Shown piece by piece: positions 39,028 to 48,889 of a stretch of 54,152 nt of DNA (position 1 is its first letter; the number at the start of each line of letters is the position of its first letter). Source of the DNA: Candidatus Kaiserbacteria bacterium RIFCSPLOWO2_01_FULL_45_25. GTDB lineage: Bacteria > Patescibacteriota > Minisyncoccia > Phycocordibacterales > UBA918. The stretch spans positions 9,387 to 63,538 of the forward strand of contig MFLT01000006.1 in the NCBI GenBank assembly GCA_001781415.1. The letters run 5' to 3'. The notes beneath the pieces were generated by a model. It made no database searches, was not told where the DNA came from, and saw only the letters and a list, made by a program, of their open reading frames with translations. A program made the position numbers and the translations under genes.

Positions 39028-40536
39028 TTACGGAGCGATTACAGTAGTGCCAGCATCTACACCTTTAATTTCGTAGTAGCTGTCGTTACCAGTAAATAAC
39101 ACTTCAATAGTGGTAGTAGCGACACGGTGGCCAGCTGGGACTAGGACGGACTTGGTGCCATCAGCTGCGGTGGTCACAAAGCGCTTTGGGATACGTACCA
39201 CGTCTTGCCGCTCTTCAATGATGATATCAATGTCAGCGTTGAGTCCGGCGCGTAGCCAGCTCGGGAGTGTATCTAGTTCAATCGTGATTTCAAAATAAGC
39301 TACACCGTCAATTTGCTTGGCGATAGGGGAGATGTAGGTGACTTCACCTGTCAGTGTCTCACTGCTGCGGGCATCAAAGACTGCGTTCATTTTTTGTCCA
39401 AGGGCTAGCTTAGTGATATCGATTTCAGGAATGCGCGCCTTAAGTGTAAAAGCGTCGCTAGCAAGTACTGTGACAACTGGGGTGGTTGGAGCAGTCTCGC
39501 CAGTAGCAATATCTACTTCAGTCACCACGCCATCAAATGGCGCGACAATTGAACGGTCAGCCAAGCGGGCGTCGATAGCGGCAATACGGGCTCGGGCTTG
39601 AGACACAGCAGCCTCAGCCTGTGTGCGGGCTTCACCACGGGCTGGTGCAGTAGTTAGGGTATTTTGGTCCTTGGCTACGGCGAGATTATTCTCCGCCGCC
39701 TCTATGGCGTTGTCTGCTTGTGTCTTGGTTAGGTTATAAGTATTTAAAAGGGTAGTGTATGAGCTACTTCGAGTATTGGGAATGGATATTACCCAAGTTG
39801 AATTGCTGTAGGTGTCCCCGGCAGTGAACTCTAAGTAAAGACCACAGGTACCAAGGGCAGCTGGTTGGTCGGTACTCACGATACCAGTGCCACTCTCAAG
39901 GCCGGTATAGGTAAATGAGTAGCCGGATTCTGTGCTTGAACGGTAGACTTCAACTTCATATGTGCCTTCTTCAGGGCAGATGTAGGTGCCAGAGACAGTT
40001 GGGGCAGTGCTATTTTCTTCTGGGTCGGTAGCTACGGCGGTTAGACTGGTAGACAAGAGAGCGGCGCGTGCATTGTTGACCTTACGAGTCTCTTCGATGT
40101 TGACGCGAGCGAGGTTGGCTTCGGCTGATTGAAGGGTTGTGTTGGCTAGGGTGACAGCTTCGTCTCGTGGACCAGCTACTACTTCACTGTAGGCAGCTTC
40201 AGCTGCTACGAGCGCCGCTTCAGCTTCGTTGCGCTCAGCAACGAGTGTGCTGGCAGCCAAGGTGGCCAGAACTTCACCTTGTGTTACCACCGCACCTTCT
40301 TCAACGAGAACGGCAGTTACGATACCGGTAGCCGGGAAAGACATCTCGGCTAATTGTTTGGCTTCAACAAACCCAGACACTGATACGAGCTCACTCACGG
40401 TGCCGCGGTCGACAGTAGCGGTAATCCAGACGGGAGCAGCAGGGAAGAGAATTTTATAGAGGAGATAAAAAGCCGCCCCGATACAAAGTAGAGCGAGGAG
40501 GATGATATACCAAGAACTAGAACGCAAAAATCGCAT
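39028..40536 (-). CDS. Efflux membrane-fusion (MacA/HlyD-like) adaptor
   Basis: Lipoyl halves GIVTAVLVEEG / IVAPFDGVV, coiled coil, IPEIDI. Confidence 0.9.
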   Translation of the reverse strand: MRFLRSSSWYIILLALLCIGAAFYLLYKILFPAAPVWITATVDRGTVSELVSVSGFVEAKQLAEMSFPATGIVTAVLVEEGAVVTQGEVLATLAASTLVAERNEAEAALVAAEAAYSEVVAGPRDEAVTLANTTLQSAEANLARVNIEETRKVNNARAALLSTSLTAVATDPEENSTAPTVSGTYICPEEGTYEVEVYRSSTESGYSFTYTGLESGTGIVSTDQPAALGTCGLYLEFTAGDTYSNSTWVISIPNTRSSSYTTLLNTYNLTKTQADNAIEAAENNLAVAKDQNTLTTAPARGEARTQAEAAVSQARARIAAIDARLADRSIVAPFDGVVTEVDIATGETAPTTPVVTVLASDAFTLKARIPEIDITKLALGQKMNAVFDARSSETLTGEVTYISPIAKQIDGVAYFEITIELDTLPSWLRAGLNADIDIIIEERQDVVRIPKRFVTTAADGTKSVLVPAGHRVATTTIEVLFTGNDSYYEIKGVDAGTTVIAP

Positions 40537-40630
40537 TGCTTTAAGTATAGCATTGCGATTTTGGCTGACCTTTGCGTTTTACAGAGGTGGTTTATGCGGG
40601 GACCATGCGTTATATGAATTCAATATTTTG

Positions 40631-40703
40631 TCCATCCACCTGGACTCGAACCAGGGACCATGCGTGTATAAGACGCAGGCTCTACCAACTGAGCTATGGA
40701 TGG
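40631..40703 (-). tRNA. tRNA-Ile (anticodon UAU)
   Basis: CCATCCA acceptor; GCTC/GAGC D-stem; TGCGT-CT-TAT-AC-ACGCA anticodon arm; CCTGG-TTCGAGT-CCAGG T-arm; discriminator A; CCA not encoded. Confidence 0.88.
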
Positions 40704-40804
40704 ACAAAAAACTTAATTCATACAAGTTTCGTTCATTCGGTCATAAAAGCATATCACTGTGTTCTAAGCTTTTGCGACTCTCATTCACTTACTTGTAACC
40801 CCTC

Positions 40805-40830
40805 GGCTCCACCAACTGAGCTATGGATGG
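40805..40830 (-). repeat. Duplicate of the tRNA 5' 26 nt
   Basis: 25 of 26 nt identical to 40678-40703. Confidence 0.9.
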
Positions 40831-40914
40831 TTGGGTGGTGAAACTATAGCGTATTTGCAGAATAGAGACAAACAAGCCCCTTCGCGAGAAGGGGCTTCGT
40901 CAGTCCATTTTGGA

Positions 40915-41055
40915 TCATTGTTTTTGATTCCTCTGGTTTTGCTTGTGACGGCGGCTTGAGCGTCGATTGATGGCCGCAAGACCGTCTTCGCCAGTGTCCT
41001 GAATAGAGCTTTGGTAAAGCTTCACCCAAATAAGAAAGAGAAGCCAGGGGTTCAT
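40915..41055 (-). CDS. Small hypothetical protein (46 aa)
   Basis: Not in the track. AAAGGAG SD, MNPWLLFLIWVKLYQ...NQKQ*, followed by a hairpin at ~40875-40898. Confidence 0.5.
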   Translation of the reverse strand: MNPWLLFLIWVKLYQSSIQDTGEDGLAAINRRSSRRHKQNQRNQKQ

Positions 41056-41157
41056 TTCTATCTCCTTTGCGTTTGAGGCGACTACGATTCCAAGTAAAAG
41101 TATACGGTATATATAACCAAAAGGCCACCAGCTTTGCTGGTGGCCTTTTGGTTTAGA

Positions 41158-41787
41158 TTAGATTCGAACCACTATATCATCTAGGTTCTTTCGCACTTTT
41201 GCATAGTTTTGGGTTTCGTCTTCGGTTGAACGGTAACCAATTGCAAGAATCACAGTGGCGTGTAGGTTGTGTGCACTGAGTCCTAGTATTTCATTGAAAC
41301 CAGCTGGGTTAAAGCCTTCCATTGGGGCGTTGTCGATTCCTTTTTCGGCAGCAGCGATCATCATGGTACCAAGAGCAATGTACGCTTGCTTCTGTGCCCA
41401 GACTAGGCGATCAGCTTCAGTGCGGTTAGTTAGGTCTCCGACCATCATGTCTTTGTATCCATCAACTGCGCCAGCTGGGAGGCTACGGGTGCGTTCAATG
41501 CGAGCTGTGTACTCAGCGATGTAAGTGGCGTCCACATCAGTACGAGCCGCCAAGACCAACAGCGCACTGTTCTCACCAACCTGTCCTTGGTTGTATGCGT
41601 GTCCCACCAAGGCTTGCTTCTTTTCCTTATCAGTCACTACCACAATCTTGAATGGTTGGAGGCCATAAGATGTAGCGGCTAGATTCCCGGCTTCGAGGAT
41701 GTATTCCAGGTCATCGGCCGACACTTCCTTGGTCGCGTCAAACTTCTTGGTGGCGTAACGCCACTTTAACCAATTTTTTGTATGCAT
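41158..41787 (-). CDS. Nitroreductase (NfsB-like)
   Basis: WRYATKKFD, SYGLQP, PMEGF, LAIGYR; start at 41787. Confidence 0.93.
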   Translation of the reverse strand: MHTKNWLKWRYATKKFDATKEVSADDLEYILEAGNLAATSYGLQPFKIVVVTDKEKKQALVGHAYNQGQVGENSALLVLAARTDVDATYIAEYTARIERTRSLPAGAVDGYKDMMVGDLTNRTEADRLVWAQKQAYIALGTMMIAAAEKGIDNAPMEGFNPAGFNEILGLSAHNLHATVILAIGYRSTEDETQNYAKVRKNLDDIVVRI

Positions 41788-41851
41788 AGGCAGTGAGTAT
41801 ACGTGGGTAGGGGTGAACATGGTAGACGGTATAACCTGTGTATGGGCGTAG

Positions 41852-41873
41852 TGACATTGTAATGACAATGTCA
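41852..41873. promoter_or_regulatory. Probable RelB operator
   Basis: TGACATTGT-AATG-ACAATGTCA immediately upstream of a TATACT -10. Confidence 0.65.
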
Positions 41874-41885
41874 TATACTGTACCC

Positions 41886-42134
41886 ATGGCTAGAAACAAA
41901 CAAACTACACTGCAGATACGAATTGATGAAGAAACGAAAGACCAGGCCAAACACATTTTGGGTGAACTTGGTCTCGATATGTCTAGTGCAATTAAACTTT
42001 TTTTGCGAAATATTATTATTACCGAATCAGTACCATTAGAACTCCGAAGTGAAAAGGGGATGCTGGCTGAGCGGAAGTGTGAGCTCTTGCGGGATGTGGC
42101 GCTGGAGTCGGCGCGGGAGCGGCGGACAAAGTAA
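41886..42134 (+). CDS. RelB/DinJ-family antitoxin (no adjacent toxin)
   Basis: LQIRIDEETKDQA..IL..LGLDMSSAIKLFL...VP.EL. Confidence 0.88.
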   Translation: MARNKQTTLQIRIDEETKDQAKHILGELGLDMSSAIKLFLRNIIITESVPLELRSEKGMLAERKCELLRDVALESARERRTK

Positions 42135-42327
42135 AAGCCGCGAGTCCTGGGTAGGATTCGCGGCTGAGGCAGCTGACTCGCTTGGAAAAGTGTTGCTGCC
42201 TGCCAAGTTGTTGTGGGGGATGGCGACCCCGTTTAGGTACAGAGACTCATTTCATCTCCTCGGTATGGTTGAGGCGATTGTCCGGCGTGCGCACGCGGCA
42301 GGCCAGACTCTTGGCCGCGGGCGCGCG

Positions 42328-42462
42328 TCAGGTGTAATTGCTGCCCAGGCCGCCGGTGAGGAAGGTGATGCCGCCGGCCACCGCGCTGTTGGTGGTGTGG
42401 CGAACGCCCAGATCGAACTTGGTGTAGTACGAGCTCTGCGGGAACTGCGAGGGATCTTTCAT
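42328..42462 (-). CDS. Small hypothetical peptide (44 aa)
   Basis: TTGACA/TATTGT promoter, AAGGAG SD, MKDPSQF...AGGITFLTGGLGSNYT*. Confidence 0.5.
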   Translation of the reverse strand: MKDPSQFPQSSYYTKFDLGVRHTTNSAVAGGITFLTGGLGSNYT

Positions 42463-42612
42463 GAAGGTTCTCCTTGGTGGAAAGGTCACGCCTCTCGGTT
42501 CACTGGGACTCCAGCGAATGAGGCAATGACACAATAGCACACTATGCTCTCAGTGTCAACACCAAAGGAAACCGCCGCAAGCAAGGCCTGCGGCGGGTAT
42601 CGTTGGGAACTT

Positions 42613-43002
42613 TTAGAACTGTGCCCAGGTCACTTGAAGTGGCCAAGGTCGTCCGCCCTCACCGAATTGGTGTTTCAGATTGAGACTGAGTCGTCCGATT
42701 TGGTTGGTGCAGAATCGGTAACCGTTGTCGGTGGCTCTCTGACTCCAGCCCGGCGTCTGTGAGCTGGTCGACCAGTTGATGCCAGTTCGGTTGATCAGCT
42801 GCACACAAGTGTCTCTCTGGTTGGTGTGGAGCTGAATTTGTTGCTCGCTTACCAGTTCCGTTGTGGCGGGGTGTATGTCAGCCATCACTTCGACGAAGCG
42901 CGGAATGACAACCACAAAGTTTAGACTGGCTGAACTTTGGCTTTCGGCCCACAGCGGCGAGTAGCCGAGGCAGAGGGCAAGAATCAAAAGAACTTTTTTC
43001 AC
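42613..43002 (-). CDS. Secreted hypothetical protein
   Basis: AAGGAG SD, GTG start, signal peptide, beta-rich body. Confidence 0.7.
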   Translation of the reverse strand: MKKVLLILALCLGYSPLWAESQSSASLNFVVVIPRFVEVMADIHPATTELVSEQQIQLHTNQRDTCVQLINRTGINWSTSSQTPGWSQRATDNGYRFCTNQIGRLSLNLKHQFGEGGRPWPLQVTWAQF

Positions 43003-43021
43003 ACATTTCTCCTTGTTGTTA

Positions 43022-43330
43022 TTAAGTACACAAAGTGTGTTCGTCTGAAGTCGCCTTAAGCGATTGAAGCAGCGAGCATCGATTTTTCAAATCAAACTCC
43101 ACCGTACCTTGATTGTGTGTGTACAGTCTGCAGTATTGAGGTGCTTCGAAGGTTGGCATATCGAAGTCGACGTACATAAACGGACTGAGGAACAGACCGT
43201 CTTCTGGTGCATACAATGCCCAGAGCATACGATTACGTACCAGCCAAATGTTTTCATCAATTGGGGTGTAGGCGCAGTACGGGCCAAGTATTTTGTCTCT
43301 AGGTACTTCAGGAAAGGGTTTGTTGGACAT
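43022..43330 (-). CDS. Hypothetical protein
   Basis: ORF from MSNKPF, co-oriented with neighbours; no family recognised. Confidence 0.55.
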   Translation of the reverse strand: MSNKPFPEVPRDKILGPYCAYTPIDENIWLVRNRMLWALYAPEDGLFLSPFMYVDFDMPTFEAPQYCRLYTHNQGTVEFDLKNRCSLLQSLKATSDEHTLCT

Positions 43331-43431
43331 GAGTGGTCTCTGGTTGTGGAAAGAAGAATCTGAAAGCAGAATGCCATTTTTATACAAAAAAGCAACCCCG
43401 ACGCCTAATAGGCGTCGGGGTTGCTTGTCTG

Positions 43432-45618
43432 TTATTCCATATGAAGATTTTTACTCAGAAGATCAATTTTCTTGGCGATGACAGGATAGTTCTTGAGGGT
43501 TGAATCGCTGGCGATAAGGGCCTGGGCTTCTTTGCGGGCCGCCTCGACCATCTTGATGTTCTTTATTGCTTCCATGCCAAGGTCAGTGAGGCCCCACTGC
43601 TTCATGCCATAGAGTTCGCCTGAGCCACGCAGTGTGAGGTCGTACTCAGCCAGTTCAAAACCATTCTTGGCTTCAGTGAGGGCTTTGAGTCGCTCGAGAG
43701 TCTTGCCACTTTTGCCGGTTGAGTCTTTGGTGGTGACGGCAAAACAGTACGCTTGGTGTGTTCCGCGTACCACTCGACCGCGTAGTTGGTGAAGTTGAGC
43801 GAGTCCAAATCGTTCAGCGCCTTCAATAATGATATTGGTAGCGTTTGGTACGTTTACTCCTACTTCCACCACTGAAGTCGCAACCAAGATATCAATTTCG
43901 TGACTGAGGAATTTTAGCATCACTGTGTCTTTTTCTTTTGGAGTCATCTTGCTGTGCAAGATATCGATGCGGGCGTCTTTGAAGACTAGCTTTTTGAGTC
44001 GTTCCGCTTCTTGCTTCACGGACTTGAGTTGCAGTGCATTTTCTTTGCTTGGGTCTGGTTCTTCAATGCGTGGACAGATCACATACGCTTGGCGGCCGGA
44101 GGCCAGTTCGCCACGCACATGGTCATATACTTCATTCATCAAGCTCGGGGTAAATATTTTGGTGATGATTGGCTTCCGGCCTTTTGGCATTTCATCAAGC
44201 AGTGAAATATCAAGATCTCCGTACACGGTAAGGGCTAGGGTGCGGGGTATAGGGGTGGCGGTCATTGAGAGGAGGTGTGGCATCCGCTCGTCCTTCTTGG
44301 CTAGAGCGCGGCGCTGATTGGTCCCGAAGCGGTGTTGCTCATCAATGATGACGTGGGCAAGGTGCTTGAACTCCACTGACTTATAGATAAGGGCATGGGT
44401 ACCAATTAGAATTGGTATCTCACCGTTCTTTACCCATTTCAGTAACTGGGCTTTTGAGATTGGTGTTGGTTTTTCTGGATTACTTTTAGATGGAAACTTA
44501 AAACAGCCACTACCGGTAATAAGCCCAATTTGGATTGGTAGATGTTTGAAGTAACCAATGAAACTTTCGAAGTGTTGTTTTGCGAGAATTTCCGTCGGCG
44601 CCATGTACGCGACTTGGAGATTGCCGTATTGGAGCTTGGCGGCGGCACCTTCAGGTGGACGAGAAGTAGCGACCGCGTACGCAGTAGTAGCAGCCACTGC
44701 CGTCTTGCCACTTCCCACATCTCCTTCAAGAAGCCTGGACATTGGGTGCTTGCCACTGAAGTCGGTGAGGATGTCGTCGATAGATTTCTTCTGGGCATTA
44801 GTGAGTGGGAAGGGGAAGCGAGAGGTAAAGGCCTCAATATGTTTCTTGTCTGTGACTACTACATAACTAGACGTCACACTAATCTGTGCGCGTTCTCGCG
44901 CTTTGGCCGTTTGAATATAAAATACTTCCTCAAAAGCAAAACGCTTGCGAGCACTCTGTGCGTGCTCGGCTTTCTTGGGGGTGTGAATCCACTGCAGAGC
45001 CGTTTGGAGTACTGGTAGGTTGTAGCGTTTGAGAATTTCTTCAGGGATAGGGTCTTCTAGTTTATCCAAGATGCCAGCTCCGAAGCATTTCTGTACAGTA
45101 TGAAAAAACCACTTCGAGGTCACACCTTTTGTTTCGCGATAAACAGGGTAGATGGTCTCGTCTAAATTAGCGGTGTTATTGAAAATTGAATCGTGTCTAT
45201 CGATAGGGAGGCTATCGAGCTTTTCGATTTCGGGATTGGTGAGGTAGAGTTTGCCTTCGTCACCAGCGACTTTGCCGACTAGCTTCACATACATACCATC
45301 GGTGAGCATCTTGGCGATGTATGGTTGGTTGAACCACATGATTTTCATGCGAGCGGTGCCGTCTTCAACCCAACCTTCAGAAATTGGCACCTTGCTCTTC
45401 CAAGATTTGCGGGTGTTGAGACCACCAATTTGCCCAAAGATAATTGCGTCCTGGCCTTTGACTAGTGAACCAACCGCCTGGATATCAGATACGTCTTCGT
45501 ACCGTTGGGGAAGGTGAAGGAGGAGTTGCTCGACTGTGGCGATACCCAAGCGCTTGAGGGCTTTTTTGTGGGGCTCATCAAGACGGAAGTGGGTGGTGAG
45601 TAAATCAGAGGGAAGCAT
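43432..45618 (-). CDS. recG: ATP-dependent DNA helicase RecG
   Basis: OB wedge, EGDVGSGKT, DEQHRFG, MTATPIPRT, QLHQLRGRV. Start at 45618 (or 45630). Confidence 0.96.
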   Translation of the reverse strand: MLPSDLLTTHFRLDEPHKKALKRLGIATVEQLLLHLPQRYEDVSDIQAVGSLVKGQDAIIFGQIGGLNTRKSWKSKVPISEGWVEDGTARMKIMWFNQPYIAKMLTDGMYVKLVGKVAGDEGKLYLTNPEIEKLDSLPIDRHDSIFNNTANLDETIYPVYRETKGVTSKWFFHTVQKCFGAGILDKLEDPIPEEILKRYNLPVLQTALQWIHTPKKAEHAQSARKRFAFEEVFYIQTAKARERAQISVTSSYVVVTDKKHIEAFTSRFPFPLTNAQKKSIDDILTDFSGKHPMSRLLEGDVGSGKTAVAATTAYAVATSRPPEGAAAKLQYGNLQVAYMAPTEILAKQHFESFIGYFKHLPIQIGLITGSGCFKFPSKSNPEKPTPISKAQLLKWVKNGEIPILIGTHALIYKSVEFKHLAHVIIDEQHRFGTNQRRALAKKDERMPHLLSMTATPIPRTLALTVYGDLDISLLDEMPKGRKPIITKIFTPSLMNEVYDHVRGELASGRQAYVICPRIEEPDPSKENALQLKSVKQEAERLKKLVFKDARIDILHSKMTPKEKDTVMLKFLSHEIDILVATSVVEVGVNVPNATNIIIEGAERFGLAQLHQLRGRVVRGTHQAYCFAVTTKDSTGKSGKTLERLKALTEAKNGFELAEYDLTLRGSGELYGMKQWGLTDLGMEAIKNIKMVEAARKEAQALIASDSTLKNYPVIAKKIDLLSKNLHME

Positions 45619-45758
45619 ATCGTCAATCATATCAGACTAATAGTACAGGGAGGAGAAAGTCTGGTTATAATTGACTTATGCACAAAAATGTGCTATTATA
45701 TAAACAACTATGAGACGGGCGTCTTGTGGTAAGAACAGCTCTTTTGGAGTTCAAGAAC

Positions 45759-46088
45759 ATGTGCAAAGTTTTCATTGTTGGTGCAACTGGTGTTCGTAAG
45801 ATTGATTCGGCTGATCTTGAAGCTGGTGTGCGCCTCGCGCAGACGTTCGAGAAGTTGGCGGCCCGGGACAAACCGAAGCCGGTTGCCAAGATGCAGTCGA
45901 AGCCGGTTGCCAGGGTCTGCGGTACGTATGCACCGGCACCGCTCCAGCAAGGCGGTCACCTGGTCAAACCTTTCGTCGAAGACAAGGATGACTACGGCGA
46001 CCATTACCGCATGCGCTGCAACGCATCCCATGAGCGCCGTAAAACACGATTCCTGACGGAACGCCGTCGCGAAGTGGTGCGGTACTAA
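45759..46088 (+). CDS. Hypothetical protein (orphan unit)
   Basis: TTGACT/TATTAT promoter, GGAG SD, downstream hairpin at ~46112-46157. Confidence 0.6.
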   Translation: MCKVFIVGATGVRKIDSADLEAGVRLAQTFEKLAARDKPKPVAKMQSKPVARVCGTYAPAPLQQGGHLVKPFVEDKDDYGDHYRMRCNASHERRKTRFLTERRREVVRY

Positions 46089-46251
46089 AGTAAGTCCGCA
46101 CCCTCGACCAGAGCCCCAGAGAAATTAGATTCTGTCTAATTCCTCTGGGGCTTTTTTAATTGACATAATGCAATTAAATGGCGTAGAATAGTCAGTGACT
46201 TAGGTGGGCTAAGTCGCGATCTTTCATTTCAAAAATTTTTGGAGTATAAGC

Positions 46252-46554
46252 ATGCCCGGACTGACATTGTGTGGTGATTTGGGAGAGTGGGTGGGTGACG
46301 AGGATCTCTTGAATTGTTGTCCCGAAGACACCAATGAGCCACCTAACGACGATTTTGACACGCGTTTGCGTGTCATGGCCGAAGGGGCGTGGGTGAATCC
46401 GCAAGTCGGCTTCTGTACTGAAGAGGACAGGATCAACTTTTTGCCAGGTGTCAACGCCGACGCTGGCACTGAAGAAGGTGAAGTTGTGGTCCAGGTGTCG
46501 ACGCGCCACACGTTGTCTTTGCCGGTTGACGCTCGGCCTGACTACACCCGTTGA
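46252..46554 (+). CDS. Hypothetical acidic protein (orphan unit)
   Basis: TTGACA/TAGAAT promoter, GGAG SD. Confidence 0.55.
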   Translation: MPGLTLCGDLGEWVGDEDLLNCCPEDTNEPPNDDFDTRLRVMAEGAWVNPQVGFCTEEDRINFLPGVNADAGTEEGEVVVQVSTRHTLSLPVDARPDYTR

Positions 46555-46761
46555 ATGGAAGTGGATTTCGCCACTGACTTGCAGCTGCGGGTTGGTTCAC
46601 GTGAACGTGTGCCGATCGGTCGCTACCGTCGGTACGTCCGCAAGTAAGCAGCGATGCTGTCGAGAGAGCCCGGTAGAAAGAAGATTCGTCTTCTTTCTAC
46701 CGGGCTTTTTATAATTTGATATACTACTCGTTCGTTTATTACATTTTATTTTGCACACAGC

Positions 46762-47949
46762 ATGAGTACCAAAAAACCTGTTACCAAGAAGACGGCCGCT
46801 AAGAAAATGGTAAAGAAAGATTACGGCAAGATGGCGATGGCACTCCATAAAAAACTCAAAGGGAAGTTAGAGATTGTTTCTAAAGGCAAGCTAATCACGC
46901 GTGACGACTGGAGCACTATGTATTCACCAGGTGTGGGGGCGGTGTCTAGTCATTTGGCGAAGTTTCCGAAGGATGCCCGTGAGTACACCATGAAGCGCAA
47001 CTCAGTAGCGGTCATTAGTGACGGTACTGCAGTTTTAGGTCTCGGTAACATCGGTCCAATTGCGGCCTTGCCAGTGATGGAAGGTAAGTGCGCTATCCTC
47101 AAAGAAATGGCCAACATTGACGGGTTTCCAATTGTGCTTGATGTACACGATGTAGAGGGAATTGTGCAGGCAGTTAAAGCCATTGCACCAACCTTTGGTG
47201 CGATCAATCTTGAAGACATCGCCGCTCCGCAGTGTTTTCAAATTGAGGAGCGACTCAAGGCTGAGCTAGATATTCCAGTTATGCATGATGATCAACATGG
47301 TACGGCTATGGTAGTACTGGCCGGGCTTATTAATGCGTCTAAGGTTGTGAAGAAAGACATGACCTCGCTTAAGGTGGTGGTGATTGGTGCTGGTGCAGCC
47401 GGCCGAGCTGTGACACTGCTCTTGCTTAAGGCCGGCATCACCAACGTCATTGTGACCGATAGTAAGGGAATTATTTATAAGGGACGCAAAGATCTGGCTG
47501 GATACAAACGAGACTTGGCTGAGATTACTAACCCTGAAAAAATTCAAGGTGATGTGATGAATGCTATTACTGGTGCTGATGCAGTAGTTGGTGTGTCTGG
47601 TCCTGGTACTATTGCGCAAGCACATGTGACAGCGATGGCGGAGCGAGCGATTGTGTTTGGGTTGGCTAATCCAGTGCCAGAGATTATGCCTGAAGATGCC
47701 AAGTTTGCTGGAGCGATGGTAGTGGCGACAGGTCGTTCTGATTATCCTAATCAAATTAATAACTCACTTGCGTTCCCTGGAGTATTCCGCGGAGCCCTTG
47801 ATAGAGGCATTAATCACATTACTGATGATATGAAGCTGGCGGTAGCCAAGAAGCTAGCTGGTCTCATCAAGAAGCCAACAGCGGATATGGTGATTCCACC
47901 AGTGATGACTCCTGGTTTGGTGAAGGCAGTGGCGAGTGTGATTAAGTAG
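46762..47949 (+). CDS. NAD(P)-dependent malic enzyme
   Basis: YSPGV, DGTAVLGLG, VMEGK, NLEDI, HDDQHGT, GAGAAG, NQINNSLAFPG. Confidence 0.95.
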   Translation: MSTKKPVTKKTAAKKMVKKDYGKMAMALHKKLKGKLEIVSKGKLITRDDWSTMYSPGVGAVSSHLAKFPKDAREYTMKRNSVAVISDGTAVLGLGNIGPIAALPVMEGKCAILKEMANIDGFPIVLDVHDVEGIVQAVKAIAPTFGAINLEDIAAPQCFQIEERLKAELDIPVMHDDQHGTAMVVLAGLINASKVVKKDMTSLKVVVIGAGAAGRAVTLLLLKAGITNVIVTDSKGIIYKGRKDLAGYKRDLAEITNPEKIQGDVMNAITGADAVVGVSGPGTIAQAHVTAMAERAIVFGLANPVPEIMPEDAKFAGAMVVATGRSDYPNQINNSLAFPGVFRGALDRGINHITDDMKLAVAKKLAGLIKKPTADMVIPPVMTPGLVKAVASVIK

Positions 47950-48081
47950 GGGAGAGGTGTAAAAGAAAAAGGGAGGAAAAGCTTTGCTTTTCCTCCCTTT
48001 TTCTGTTCCACACAAAGTGGACAAACAGAGCAAAGTATGGTATATTAGTAGCAGTTTAGCAACTACCTTGAAAGGAATTTC

Positions 48082-48420
48082 ATGGTCACCAATGTTCCTA
48101 AAAAAGAAAGGCCAGTACCTCAGTCAGTTCTCCGTGCTCAACTGCGTGGAGACCGTGCGGAGTTGAGCCGGCTGGGACTGCTTGGAAACGCAATCAAGCG
48201 CGACCGTCGTGAATGGCTCGAGCGACAAGGTGTGCTTCCGTTAAAAGTGAGTCGTGAATGTACGACTCGTCAAAAGAGAGGCCCTGTGACGCCTGAGCAG
48301 CGCGCTGCTGCAGCCGAGACACGTTACCTCAACCAGGTACGTAAAGCAGAGTGGGAGGCAATCCTACTTTCTGATGCTGAGGATCATGCCGATGCGACGC
48401 GGCCTGGCTGGGAAGATTGA
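48082..48420 (+). CDS. Hypothetical protein (orphan unit)
   Basis: Promoter-like TGGACA/TATATT, AAAGGA SD. Confidence 0.6.
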   Translation: MVTNVPKKERPVPQSVLRAQLRGDRAELSRLGLLGNAIKRDRREWLERQGVLPLKVSRECTTRQKRGPVTPEQRAAAAETRYLNQVRKAEWEAILLSDAEDHADATRPGWED

Positions 48421-48538
48421 TTCCCGTCCAGAAGATATGAGCCCGATATTGTGCACATGCACCGTATCGGGTTTTCTTTTCCTCCAGTTTGGAGTAGAGT
48501 TAAAGATAGTATTTTGTGCAACGTACTTTAAGGAGAAA

Positions 48539-48754
48539 ATGGTGGGAACATCGAATACACGAACATTCGCTGACGAAGAAGCTGCGCGTCAGAGGCGTCA
48601 ACCGCACAAGCGTCAGCGGCAGGCAGATGGACAGATCATCCGACATGCATTTGCTGAACTGGCGGTCGATGAAGGCCCTGAGATTGTCACTGGTGAGGAA
48701 AACGACTTCCCGGAACCTTCCGACGGCCCTGACCACATGAGCCAAATCATGTAA
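48539..48754 (+). CDS. Small hypothetical protein
   Basis: AAGGAG SD before ATG 48539; hairpin downstream. Confidence 0.55.
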   Translation: MVGTSNTRTFADEEAARQRRQPHKRQRQADGQIIRHAFAELAVDEGPEIVTGEENDFPEPSDGPDHMSQIM

Positions 48755-48889
48755 GATCCGTCACTCAACGTTTAAATAGCCTGGAAACCGCAAGGTTTCC
48801 GGGCTTTAACATGTTTGCGTTTTGGTTGACATTATGTCATTTTGTCGTATTGTTTGGTTTGTAGTCTTTCAAATTTAGAGGAGTTCATT

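Noticed and set aside
42328-42330. UGA recoding (genetic code 25)
   Set aside because: Long conserved genes are intact under code 11, and the vWA and PurA-like genes end at plausible TGA stops.
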